DNA of 64,000 nucleotides, from positions 478-64,477 of the forward strand of contig DASXAG010000089.1 of the NCBI GenBank assembly GCA_036406835.1, read 5' to 3'. How positions within the stretch are numbered: the first letter of the stretch is position 1; every line of letters begins with the position of its first letter. The notes beneath the pieces are model-generated. The model ran no database searches. It was not told where the DNA came from and was given only the letters and a program-made list of their open reading frames with translations. A program made the translations under genes and the position numbers. This document shows positions 55,902 to 64,000 of this stretch, one piece after another. This DNA comes from Thermoanaerobaculia bacterium (GTDB lineage: Bacteria > Acidobacteriota > Thermoanaerobaculia > UBA5066 > Gp7-AA6).

Positions 55902-57824
55902 CTACTGCAGGCCGAAGGTGCGCACGATCAGGGCCGCCATCTGCTCCCGGGTCACGATGTTGTCCGGGCAGAACTTGCGGGGCCCGCAGCCGCCGGTGAT
56001 CCCCTCGCTCGACAGCTCCTCGATCCAGGCCGCGGCGAACGCGTCCGCCGGAACGTCGTCGAAGACGTCGCCGGTCGCGGCCGGTGGCGTGTAGGAGCTG
56101 CCGTGCTTGGTCTTCAGGAGGAACACCGCCATCTCCGCCCGGCGCACGGCGGCGTCGGGGCAGTACTCGGTGAGCGTGCAGCCGCCCGTGATCCCTTCCG
56201 AGGCGAGCTGCTCGATCCACGCGGCGGCGAACGCGTCCGAGGGGACGTCGTCGAAGACCTCGCCGGTGGCCTCGGGCGGAGAGAAGCTCGAGCCGTGCTC
56301 GCTCTTGAGGAGGAACACCGCCATCTCGGACCGCAGCGTCGACGCCTGCGGGCAGTAGTAACCGGCGCGGCATCCCGCCGTGATCCCGTTGGCGGAGACG
56401 ATGCGGATCGAGTCGTAGAAGAGATCGTCCGGGGGAACGTCGAAATACTGATCCGGCCCCGGCAGGCTCAGGAGGACGAAGACGTTGAACTCGGGACCCG
56501 TGGCGGGGGGTGCGGGCCAGCCCACGGGGGACGCGACCGAGAGTCCGGACAGCGGCAGCGTCACCGGGCTGCCGTCGAAGATCCCGGAAGCGACCGGGGC
56601 GCCGAAGAAGTCCTGGGCGTTGCGGATCTCGTAGGCCCCCCCGACGTAGGCGGCGCCGTTCAGGTCGACGTCGACCGTCGCCTGGTGCGGCCAGTTGTAG
56701 ACGGTGATGTTGGCGCGGCCGGCCTCGTACGCGTTGGGCCGCACGAAGACCTTGACGCCGGAGGGCTGAGCCTCGTCGTACGTGTTGTCCGGATACTGCG
56801 TCTCCGCGAAGCCGTCGATCGTTCCGTAGAACGTGTTGCCGCTCATCGTCACCGGCAGGCAGCCGCCGTCGAAGAGCGTGTTGTTCGAGACGTAGTTGTT
56901 CGTGACGACCGTGTTCGAGCAGCCGGCGCCGTAGCCGAGCTGGAACGCCGAATCGGGGCTGACGGTGCTCTTGTAGTACAGGAAGTTGTTCGCGATCGTC
57001 AGGTTCTGCGCGGTGTTGTCGCCGCCGATCAGGAGGTTGCGGCCCCCGTCGGGCGTCGCGATGATCCCGTCGCTCGAGAAGGTGTTGCCCTCGATGTCGT
57101 AGTTGTTGAGGAAAGCCGAGGAGGATCCGTAGGCCTGGATGCCGTGGTCGAAGTTCTCGAAGATGACGTTGTCGACGATGTGCTTGGTGCCGATCTCGTT
57201 TTGCGTGTAGATGCCGTGTCCGTGGCCCCGGTCGGCGCCGTTCCACCCGTTGTAGTAGATGAGGCAGCCGTTGATCTCGGCGTCCAGCGCCTCCTTCCAG
57301 AAGCTGAAGCCCAGCCGGGCGTCGTGGACGACGAGGTTGATGAACTTGAACCCGGAGTGGTTCCCGGTCTGCCAGATCTGGATCCCGTCGCCGCGGTAGA
57401 TGTCGCTCGGGCTCCCGCCGGACTGCGTCGACTGCCGGGAAGGGTCGGAGCTCATGACCTCGAAGCCCCAGAACCACGTGTAGGAGCCGCGGATCGCCAG
57501 CACGGCGGTGCCCGCGGAGGCGCCGCCGTCGAGCGTGGCCCGCTCGCCGGGGTACTGGCGCACGACGATCGGGTTCGCCGCGGTTCCGTCGAGGTAGCTG
57601 GTGAAGGTGCCCGCGTACGTCCCGCCGCGGAGCCAGATCGTGTCTCCCGGCTTCACCCACGACCCCTGAGTCAGCGCGTGCTGGAGGTTCCAGGGGCTGG
57701 CGATCGAGCCGTCGTTGCCGGATGTTCCTCCGGGAGACACATAAAAGTCCGTTCCGAATACAGCGGACGCCAGCGCGAGCGCGGAGAGAGCGCCGAGGAG
57801 CGACCGTCGGAACATTGGAGTCAT
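55902..57824 (-). CDS. Secreted beta-helix protein, paralog 2 of 3, with three C-terminal SLH-like repeats
   Basis: The start is probably at MTPMFRRSLLGALSALALASAVFG; the ORF extends to 57860. Same beta-helix motif set as paralog 1. The C-terminal 170 aa form three ~55-aa repeats, F(D)[12 protein letters not shown]...GITGGC....YCPD..VTR.QMAVFLLK.KHGS, matching the SLH consensus but each with a conserved Cys pair. Confidence 0.7.
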   Translation of the reverse strand: MTPMFRRSLLGALSALALASAVFGTDFYVSPGGTSGNDGSIASPWNLQHALTQGSWVKPGDTIWLRGGTYAGTFTSYLDGTAANPIVVRQYPGERATLDGGASAGTAVLAIRGSYTWFWGFEVMSSDPSRQSTQSGGSPSDIYRGDGIQIWQTGNHSGFKFINLVVHDARLGFSFWKEALDAEINGCLIYYNGWNGADRGHGHGIYTQNEIGTKHIVDNVIFENFDHGIQAYGSSSAFLNNYDIEGNTFSSDGIIATPDGGRNLLIGGDNTAQNLTIANNFLYYKSTVSPDSAFQLGYGAGCSNTVVTNNYVSNNTLFDGGCLPVTMSGNTFYGTIDGFAETQYPDNTYDEAQPSGVKVFVRPNAYEAGRANITVYNWPHQATVDVDLNGAAYVGGAYEIRNAQDFFGAPVASGIFDGSPVTLPLSGLSVASPVGWPAPPATGPEFNVFVLLSLPGPDQYFDVPPDDLFYDSIRIVSANGITAGCRAGYYCPQASTLRSEMAVFLLKSEHGSSFSPPEATGEVFDDVPSDAFAAAWIEQLASEGITGGCTLTEYCPDAAVRRAEMAVFLLKTKHGSSYTPPAATGDVFDDVPADAFAAAWIEELSSEGITGGCGPRKFCPDNIVTREQMAALIVRTFGLQ

Positions 57825-57931
57825 CCTATTTTCGGAGAGTGCCCGAAAACTACTGGCCACGCTGGCAAAAAAGGGACAACGCGCGGACAGGCGGAAAAAC
57901 GGGCGGACCTGTCACGTCGGACAGGTAGGGG

Positions 57932-60724
57932 TCAGTGGAGCGAGAACGTGCGAACGAGGAAGACCGCCATCTGCTCGCGAGTGTTGGGCGCGTTGGGGCA
58001 GTAGTTGCCGTCGCCGCAGCCCGCCGTGACGGCCTCGGCCGCCAGCTCCTCGATCCACGGCGTGAACGGGTCGTCGATGTCGAGGTCGCCGAAGATTCCC
58101 GCCGGCGGGGGCGGCACGTAGGCCGAGCCGTGTTTCGCGCGCAGCAGGAACACGGCCATCTGCGCGCGGGTCACGGTCATGTCGGGGCAGTACTTGCCGC
58201 CGCCGCAGCCCGACGTGATGCCCTCGTGCCCGAGCTCCTCGATCCAGGCCGCCGCGAAGGCGTTGCGCGGGACGTCGACGTACACCGTTCCCGTCGCCGG
58301 CGGGGGCCGGTACGCGCTGCCGTACTTGCTCTTCAGGATGAACACGGCCATCTGCGCGCGGGAGACGCCCTCCGTCGGACAGTAGTCCCCGTTGCCGCAG
58401 CCGCCCGTGATCCCGTTCCGGTTGATCGTGTCAATGGATTCGTAGAAGGGACTCGAGGGGAGAACGTCGGCGAACGGCGTGTCGTCCCCGATGGTCGGCA
58501 CGTCGTTCGGGTCGGCCGTGATGTAGATGCGGTCCACCTTGCTGCCGATCTCGCGGCCGCGGAAGGTGATCGTGTTCGACCCGGCGGAGAGCGTCAGCAC
58601 GCGCGGATCGAGGGTCAGCGGGTTGCCCGTGCCGCCTCGGCCGTTCAAGACCTTCCACTGCCACTTCGGGGACCACGAGCCCTGGCCGTCGTCGTAGACG
58701 TCCTCCGACCCGGTGTTGGCCTTGGCGTAGAAGGAGTCGTGCTGCTCGTCGGGGGCGAGGACCCGCGCCCACACGAAATAGCCACCGGAGAGAGGCACGT
58801 TGAACGTCCACGTCGCCTTCCCCGAGTCCTCGGTGGTGGTCGTGACGTAGCTGCCCCCGAACGCCCAGAGGTCGGAGTCCGTCGTCATCGCGCCGGTCAG
58901 CGTCGCGGCCTCGGCCTCGAGCGTCAGCGGGAACGGCCACGGGGTGGGCGTGGGGCTGGGCGTCGCCGTGTGGGTCGGCGGACCCGGCGTATGCGTGTGC
59001 GTGGGGGTCGCGGTCGGGGGCGCCGGCGTGTGGGTCGCGGTCGGCGGGACCGGCGTCCCGGTCGGGGTCGGGCTCGCGGGAACCGGGGTGTGCGACGGCG
59101 TCGGCGTGGGCGGCACCGGCGTGTGCGACGGAGTCGGGGTCGGGGGAGCGGGAGTCGACGTCGGCCCCGGAACCGTGGGCGTTAGCGTCGGAGTCGGGCT
59201 GGCCGGCAGCGGCGTGTTCGAAGGCGTCGGCGTCGGCGGCACCGGCGTCGGAGTCCGCGTGAGCGTCGGTGTCGCCGACGGCGGAACGGGCGTCGGCGTG
59301 GACGTCCGCGTCGGCGTGGCGGTCGGGGGAGCCGGTGTCGCCGTCGGCGTGCCGCCGGGCGAGGCCGGGAGGAGCACGAACACGTTGAACTCGGGCCCCG
59401 TCGGAGCCGGCGCGGCCCAGCCGACCGGCGCCGCGACCGAGAGCCCGGTCATCGGAAGGCTGATCGAGCCTCCGGAGTAGGTGCCGCTCGCGACGGGCGC
59501 GCCGAAGAAGTCCTGGGCGTTACGCACCTCGTACCCGGTGCCGGGCGCGAGGACGCCGGTGAGGTCGACGCTCACGCTCGATTGGTTGGGCCAGTTGAAG
59601 ACGGTGATGTTCGCGCGGCCCGCCTCGTAGGCATTGGGCCGAACGAAGACCTGGAGCGCCGTGGGGCGCGAGGTCGTGTACGTGTTGTTGGGATACGAGG
59701 AGTGCGGGAAGCCGCTGGTCGATCCGTAGAAGGTGTTGCCGGTCATGGACGCGGGGAGGCAGCCGCCGGAGAACATCGTGTTGTTGGAGACGTAGTTGTT
59801 GGTCACCGTCGTGCCGGTGCAGCCCGCGTTGTAGCCCAGTTGGAACGCGGAGTCCGGACTCTCGGCCGCCTGGTAGTACAGCATGTTGTCGCTGATCGAC
59901 AGGTTCTGCGCCGTGCTGTCGCCGCCGATCAGCAGGTTGCGGCCGCCGGGCGGATTCGCCAGCAGCCCGTTGCCGATGAAGGTGTTGCCGTGGATGTCGT
60001 AGTTGTTGAGGTGCGCCGTGGCGGAACCGTAGCCCTGGATGCCGTGGTCGAAGTTGTCGCGGATGATGCTGTCGACGATGTGCTTGGTGCCCGTCTGGTT
60101 CTGCGTGTAGATGCCGTGGCCGTGGCCGCGGTCCGAGCCGTTCCACCCGTTGTAATAGATGATGCAGCCGTTGATCTCGGCGTCCGTGGCTTCCTGCCAG
60201 AAGCTCACGCCCTGACGCGCGTCGTGGATGACGAGGTTGATGAACTTCAGGCCCGCTTCCGTCGCCGTCTGCCAGATCTGGACCCCGTCGCCGCGGTGGA
60301 TGTCGGTGGGGTTCGACCCGGTCTGGCTCGACTGGCGGATCGGGTCGGAGCTCTTGATCTCGAATCCCCAGAACCAGGTGTAGCCGCCGCGTGTCGAGAG
60401 GACGCACGTGCTGGACGAACCGCCGTCGAGCGTCGCGACCTCGCCCGCGTACTGGCGCACGATGATCGGGCTCGACGAGGTCCCGTTCAGATAGCTGACG
60501 AAGTTGCCGGAGTAGGTGCCGCCGCGCAGCCAGATCGTGTCGCCGGGATGCACGGCCGCGGGCTGATTCAGGGCGTCCTGGAGTCTCCAGGGATTGCTGA
60601 AGCTCCCGGTGCCGTTCGCGCTGGCGTTCGGCGCGACGTAAAAATCGGCAGCGAGTGCCGGAAGTGTCAACCCCAGGACAAGGGCCGCCCCGAGTGTCGA
60701 GACCCTGAATTGCCCACCGTTCAT
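57932..60724 (-). CDS. Secreted beta-helix protein, paralog 3 of 3: beta-helix + Pro/Thr-rich linker + CBM-like beta-sandwich + three SLH-like repeats
   Basis: Signal peptide [25 protein letters not shown]. Beta-helix motifs as in the paralogs. A 150-aa (PT)n linker is followed by an aromatic-rich ~150-aa module ([17 protein letters not shown]...) and then three Cys-containing SLH-like repeats. Confidence 0.7.
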   Translation of the reverse strand: MNGGQFRVSTLGAALVLGLTLPALAADFYVAPNASANGTGSFSNPWRLQDALNQPAAVHPGDTIWLRGGTYSGNFVSYLNGTSSSPIIVRQYAGEVATLDGGSSSTCVLSTRGGYTWFWGFEIKSSDPIRQSSQTGSNPTDIHRGDGVQIWQTATEAGLKFINLVIHDARQGVSFWQEATDAEINGCIIYYNGWNGSDRGHGHGIYTQNQTGTKHIVDSIIRDNFDHGIQGYGSATAHLNNYDIHGNTFIGNGLLANPPGGRNLLIGGDSTAQNLSISDNMLYYQAAESPDSAFQLGYNAGCTGTTVTNNYVSNNTMFSGGCLPASMTGNTFYGSTSGFPHSSYPNNTYTTSRPTALQVFVRPNAYEAGRANITVFNWPNQSSVSVDLTGVLAPGTGYEVRNAQDFFGAPVASGTYSGGSISLPMTGLSVAAPVGWAAPAPTGPEFNVFVLLPASPGGTPTATPAPPTATPTRTSTPTPVPPSATPTLTRTPTPVPPTPTPSNTPLPASPTPTLTPTVPGPTSTPAPPTPTPSHTPVPPTPTPSHTPVPASPTPTGTPVPPTATHTPAPPTATPTHTHTPGPPTHTATPSPTPTPWPFPLTLEAEAATLTGAMTTDSDLWAFGGSYVTTTTEDSGKATWTFNVPLSGGYFVWARVLAPDEQHDSFYAKANTGSEDVYDDGQGSWSPKWQWKVLNGRGGTGNPLTLDPRVLTLSAGSNTITFRGREIGSKVDRIYITADPNDVPTIGDDTPFADVLPSSPFYESIDTINRNGITGGCGNGDYCPTEGVSRAQMAVFILKSKYGSAYRPPPATGTVYVDVPRNAFAAAWIEELGHEGITSGCGGGKYCPDMTVTRAQMAVFLLRAKHGSAYVPPPPAGIFGDLDIDDPFTPWIEELAAEAVTAGCGDGNYCPNAPNTREQMAVFLVRTFSLH
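59081..59146. repeat. Imperfect 33-nt (11-codon) tandem repeat inside the Pro/Thr linker of paralog 3
   Basis: ggaaccggggtgtgcgacggcgtcggcgtgggc followed by ggcaccggcgtgtgcgacggagtcggggtcggg, about 27/33 identical. On the coding (minus) strand this gives [11 protein letters not shown] ×2. The unit length is in frame. Confidence 0.5.
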
Positions 60725-60905
60725 TCTTGCGTCTAGGGTGCGCTCGCGAGGGCGCCGAAAACTACTGGCCGGCGAGGCCGAATTGGGACAGGCCGCGCCG
60801 GGGTGGCCCGGACCCGTCCCCAGGGTCAGGTGCTGCTTGCCGAGGACACCGAAATTGCGTAACCTGCCGTCAGTGCCTAAAACGCGCGCGACGCGCCGGG
60901 CTTCG

Positions 60906-61547
60906 GTGTGCCTCCTGGCATTTCATCCACTCGTTCTCTCGGAGTTCGAGCGGCTGCTCAAGGACCTTCCGTTCACGGTTCACGCGCGCCGCCTCGAGCC
61001 GGATCTCATGGCCGACCCCACGAGGCTCGCGGTGCCGCGGTCGTCCGTGTTCGTGCTCGAGTGCCACCAGCACCGGCCGACCACGGAGGCCCTCGTGATC
61101 GGCGTCCTCGGCCGCCAGCCGGCCGGCCGCGTGATCCTCGTCGCCGAGAAGTTCGAGCAGACCAGCGCGTTCCCGCTCCTGCGGCTCGGCGCCAAGGGCC
61201 TCATGACCTTCGCCGACGCGAACGAGCAGCTGGGGAGGGCGGTCGAGGAGGTCTCCTCCGGAGGCTTCTGGGTTCCCCGCTCGCTCCTGTCGCGATTCGT
61301 CGACGAGACCATCAGCACCGTCCGCCGCCCTCGCGGTCCCGGCGGCCCGACCCGGCTGTCCCGGCGTGAGCGGGAGGTCCTCGACGCGCTCCTCGAGAAC
61401 CTCTCCAACAAGGAGATCGCGAGCAAGCTGAACATGTCCGAGCGGACGGCGAAGTTCCACGTCTCGAACCTGCTCGCGAAATACGGCGTCCGCCGGCGCG
61501 CGGACCTGATCCTCCTCACCTACACCCAGCTCGAGCGGCCGACGTAG
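60906..61547 (+). CDS. LuxR/FixJ-type transcriptional regulator with atypical receiver-like N-terminal domain
   Basis: C-terminal [48 protein letters not shown]. The N-terminal ~120 aa are receiver-like, but the position expected for the phospho-acceptor Asp reads FVLECH. The start was chosen at the in-frame GTG at 60906; the ORF track starts at 60738, which would overlap the divergent promoter region. Confidence 0.6.
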   Translation: MCLLAFHPLVLSEFERLLKDLPFTVHARRLEPDLMADPTRLAVPRSSVFVLECHQHRPTTEALVIGVLGRQPAGRVILVAEKFEQTSAFPLLRLGAKGLMTFADANEQLGRAVEEVSSGGFWVPRSLLSRFVDETISTVRRPRGPGGPTRLSRREREVLDALLENLSNKEIASKLNMSERTAKFHVSNLLAKYGVRRRADLILLTYTQLERPT

Positions 61548-61710
61548 CGCTCCGCGGCATTTCGCGGGCCCAAATCGGCGCACGCGGGGTTACTCTCATT
61601 CGATCGACACCCGAAGCGCCTCTTCGCAATCCCTGGGGACGGATCCGGGCGCATCGGCGGCGCGGCGCGGGCCGTGGGAGTCGTTCGTCCGCGGACTGTA
61701 CGTCCGCTGG

Positions 61711-62487
61711 GTGAGGCCGCGGATCCGATCCCCGCTCGCACGCCAGAGGCTCAAGCTCCTCTGGTTCGTCTGGGGCTACGCTCCGCTCCTCTTCCTGGAA
61801 ATCCCCTTCGCCAGGCGGCTCTCGCTTCTGCGCCGGTTTCTCCGGGTGGACTGGAACGTGCCCCACGCCCACCGGCCCTCCGAGATCGCCCGGATCTGCG
61901 GCGCGCTGGCGTCCCGGCCCGCACGCGTGGGGGAGCTCATGGTCGAGGCCGGCTGCTGGCAGGGCGGCAGCACGGCCAAGTTCAGCCTCCTCTGTGAGAT
62001 GCTCGGCTACCACCTCGCGGTCTTCGACTCCTTCGAGGGCGTCGAGCCTCTTACCGTAGAAGAGAAGAGCAAGGGATACGACTTTTCCGGCGAGTATGCG
62101 GCCGCCAAAGCTCTAGTAATGGACAACGTCGCGCGGTATGGTGCGCCCGGGAGCTGTTCATTTCACAAAGGTTGGTTCTCCGACACTCTGGCTCGGAAGC
62201 CACTGTCCGACCCTGTACGGGTGGTTTACATCGACTGCGATGTGGCCAAAGGAACTTCCGAGGTTCTGACGGGTGTCGTCGGCCGACTGGTTCCCGACGC
62301 TCGCGTGTTTACGCAGGACTTCCACATAGGGCCCGTCCGGGAGCTTCTCCTGGACCCAGAGACCTGGCGACGGTTAGGCGTCGCGACGACACCGCGGATC
62401 GAGGCACTGTGCGGCCATCTGGCCGAGATTCAATTTAACGCCCCGTCCACACGGGGCACACCGGAGCGAGGAATCTTGGGAGTTTAG
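61711..62487 (+). CDS. TylF/macrocin-O-methyltransferase-like class I SAM methyltransferase
   Basis: ...GELMVEAGCWQGGSTAKF... (TylF-type G.W.GGS motif) and a downstream acidic residue DSFEG are present. 258 aa. The 3' half has visibly lower GC than the surroundings. Confidence 0.6.
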   Translation: MRPRIRSPLARQRLKLLWFVWGYAPLLFLEIPFARRLSLLRRFLRVDWNVPHAHRPSEIARICGALASRPARVGELMVEAGCWQGGSTAKFSLLCEMLGYHLAVFDSFEGVEPLTVEEKSKGYDFSGEYAAAKALVMDNVARYGAPGSCSFHKGWFSDTLARKPLSDPVRVVYIDCDVAKGTSEVLTGVVGRLVPDARVFTQDFHIGPVRELLLDPETWRRLGVATTPRIEALCGHLAEIQFNAPSTRGTPERGILGV

Positions 62488-62488
62488 G

Positions 62489-64000
62489 ATGACCAAGCGA
62501 TTGGGGTTCTGGTTGGCCGCGTGGGTGGTCGCGGCAGGTGTCCCCGGCGCCACTCTTCCCACGGGATTCACGGAAACGACGTTCTCGGGGTTCTCCAGTC
62601 CGACGTCAATGGAAGTGGCGCCCGACGGGAGAATCTTCGTCTGCCAGCAGACCGGAACCCTGAAGCTCATCAAGAACGACGTCGTCCAGAGCACCCCGGT
62701 CCTGACCGTCACGGTCGACAGCAACGGCGAGCGCGGTCTCCTCGGGGTGACCGTCGACCCGAACTTCACGCAGAACAACTACATCTACGTCTACTACACG
62801 GTGCCGTCCCCGGCCCACAACCGGCTGAGCCGCTTCACGCTCAACGGCGACGTCGCGGTGGCGGGCAGCGAGCTCGTCCTGCTCAACCTCGACAACCTCT
62901 CGTCCGCGACCAACCACAACGGCGGCTCCCTGCACTTCGGGCCGGACGGAAAGATCTACGTCGCGGTCGGCGACAACGCCCAGGGCAGCCACGCGCAGGA
63001 CCTCTCGATCCTTTTCGGCAAGATCCTCCGCCTCAACTCGGACGGGACGATTCCCACCGACAACCCGTTCTTCAACACTCCGGGCGCGCGCAAGGAGATC
63101 TGGGCGTTGGGCCTGCGCAACCCGTTCACGTTCGCGACACGCACGCAGTCGCCCAGCATCTTCATCAACGACGTCGGCGAGGTCACCTACGAGGAGATCA
63201 ACGTCGGAACCTCGGGCAAGAACTACGGCTGGCCCAACTGCGAGGGCCCGTGCAACCCCGTCAATCCGCTGTACACGGATCCCATCTACTGGTACCCCCA
63301 CAACCCCGCGTGCGCGATCACGGGAGGCGACTTCTACAATCCGCCGGTCCAGACGTTCCCGGCGAACTACCTCAACCAGTATTTCTTCGCCGACTACTGC
63401 GCGGGCTGGATCCATCGCATCGATCCGGTCACCCACCAGGAAACGGACTTCGCCAGCGGGATCAACGCTCCCGTGGACATCCAGGTCGCGTTCGACGGCA
63501 ACCTCTATTACCTCGCGTACGCGGCGGGGCTGGTCAGCCGGGTCAAATACACGGGGAGCAGCGCCCCCGTGATCACGCAGGACCCGGTGAACGTGACCGT
63601 CGGCATTCCCAACCAGTCCGCGACCTTCTCCGTCTCGGCGAGCGGCGCGGCGCCGCTCTCCTATCAGTGGCAGAAGGCCATTCCGCCGGGCGGCTTCAAC
63701 GACATCTCCGGCGCGACCCAGTCCTCCTACACGATCAACAACGTGGTCCTCGGCGACAGCGGATCGCAGTACCGCTGCAAGGTCACGAACGGCTCGGGCT
63801 CCGCGACCAGCAACGCGGCGACGCTGACGGTCTTGAACGACCAGCCGCCGGCCCCCGTGATCAGCTCGCCGGCGAGCGGCGCGACCTACGCCGGAGGCGA
63901 CACGATCGCCTTCGCCGGCTCCGCGACCGATCCGGAGGACGGGAGCGAGCCCGCGAGCCGCTTCACCTGGTGGGTCGACTTCCACCACTGCCCGACTCCC
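62489..64000 (+). CDS. Secreted soluble glucose/sorbosone-dehydrogenase-like beta-propeller protein with C-terminal Ig-like domains; 3'-partial at window edge
   Basis: The ATG at 62489 follows the upstream TAG directly. Signal peptide MTKRLGFWLAAWVVAAGVPGA. Then TGFTETTFSGFSSPTSMEVAPDGRIFVCQQTGTLKLIKN...ERGLLGVTVDPNFTQNNYIYVYYT matches the GSDH propeller N-terminus. Later, QDPVNVTVGIPNQSATFSVSASGAAPLSYQWQK is an Ig-like repeat. Stop-free to position 64000. Not in the ORF track. Confidence 0.55.
   Translation, partial: MTKRLGFWLAAWVVAAGVPGATLPTGFTETTFSGFSSPTSMEVAPDGRIFVCQQTGTLKLIKNDVVQSTPVLTVTVDSNGERGLLGVTVDPNFTQNNYIYVYYTVPSPAHNRLSRFTLNGDVAVAGSELVLLNLDNLSSATNHNGGSLHFGPDGKIYVAVGDNAQGSHAQDLSILFGKILRLNSDGTIPTDNPFFNTPGARKEIWALGLRNPFTFATRTQSPSIFINDVGEVTYEEINVGTSGKNYGWPNCEGPCNPVNPLYTDPIYWYPHNPACAITGGDFYNPPVQTFPANYLNQYFFADYCAGWIHRIDPVTHQETDFASGINAPVDIQVAFDGNLYYLAYAAGLVSRVKYTGSSAPVITQDPVNVTVGIPNQSATFSVSASGAAPLSYQWQKAIPPGGFNDISGATQSSYTINNVVLGDSGSQYRCKVTNGSGSATSNAATLTVLNDQPPAPVISSPASGATYAGGDTIAFAGSATDPEDGSEPASRFTWWVDFHHCPTP

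Noticed and set aside
55876-57660. 594-aa minus-strand alternative frame, plus the plus-strand ORFs 57935..59185 and 59582..60736, inside the beta-helix genes
   Set aside because: They are Arg/Gly repeats (RRRRGRGRRR...) or lack any domain signal. The called frames have signal peptides, conserved paralog motifs and SLH-like repeats.
60738-60905. N-terminal 56-aa extension of the LuxR-type ORF given by the ORF track ([25 protein letters not shown]...)
   Set aside because: It is Arg/Pro-rich and would run through the divergent promoter region of the beta-helix gene. An in-frame GTG at 60906 gives a regulator of typical length.
1-64000. Search for CRISPR arrays, tRNA/rRNA genes, integrases/transposases and inverted-repeat-flanked mobile elements
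   Set aside because: No short direct-repeat/spacer arrays were seen. No tRNA-like cloverleaf regions sit in the few intergenic gaps. No protein has recombinase or transposase motifs. Apart from the small GC dip at 62.0-62.5 kb, the window is compositionally uniform.

Overview
This window has about 70% GC and is densely coding, with almost no non-coding DNA. It holds one contiguous cell-surface polysaccharide locus of a Gram-negative bacterium. Many long Arg/Ala/Gly-rich ORFs in the six-frame track are GC artefacts and are not called.

The left edge carries a partial esterase-like gene and folD, both on the minus strand, followed by a polytopic membrane protein on the minus strand. An export module follows on the plus strand: a secreted Pro/Ala-rich protein, an outer-membrane beta-barrel, a Wza-like OPX protein and a Wzc-like PCP tyrosine kinase. 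After a terminator-like hairpin comes a standalone NusG-paralog gene (RfaH/UpxY/TaA-like).

Downstream of it runs an uninterrupted plus-strand operon of about 36 genes and 42 kb (10263..52184), continued after one 157-nt spacer by pglF at 52342..54288. Most of its genes are joined by overlapping stop/start codons (ATGA, GTGA, TGATG, TTGA). It encodes:
- a UDP-GlcNAc 6-dehydrogenase/4-epimerase pair (WbpA/WbpP or TviB/TviC-like);
- a Wzm/Wzt ABC exporter;
- a pseudaminic-acid pathway (pseB, pseC, pseG, pseI, cytidylyltransferase);
- a second nonulosonic-acid set (neuA/neuB/neuC-like);
- a formyltransferase, two methyltransferases and an AAC(3)-like acetyltransferase fused to a peptidase-like domain;
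- an unrecognisable 494-aa protein;
- YfhO-like, Wzy/ligase-like and other large membrane proteins;
- six GT4/GT2 glycosyltransferases, three deacetylases, a CapK-like adenylating enzyme, an ATP-grasp enzyme and a PHP phosphoesterase;
- a PglE/PglC/PglF-like initiating module.

Convergent to the operon are three tandem paralogous secreted right-handed beta-helix proteins. Two of them end in three SLH-like repeats with conserved Cys pairs, and one also carries a Pro/Thr linker with 33-nt tandem repeats and a CBM-like module. They are followed by an atypical LuxR-type regulator, a TylF-like O-methyltransferase in a local low-GC patch, and a partial secreted glucose/sorbosone-dehydrogenase-like beta-propeller protein at the right edge.

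No rRNA, tRNA, CRISPR or mobile-element genes were seen.

Coordinates were derived from the ORF track plus manual reading. Starts are uncertain by a few codons in several genes, and my manual base counting disagreed with the ORF track by one base near 32960.
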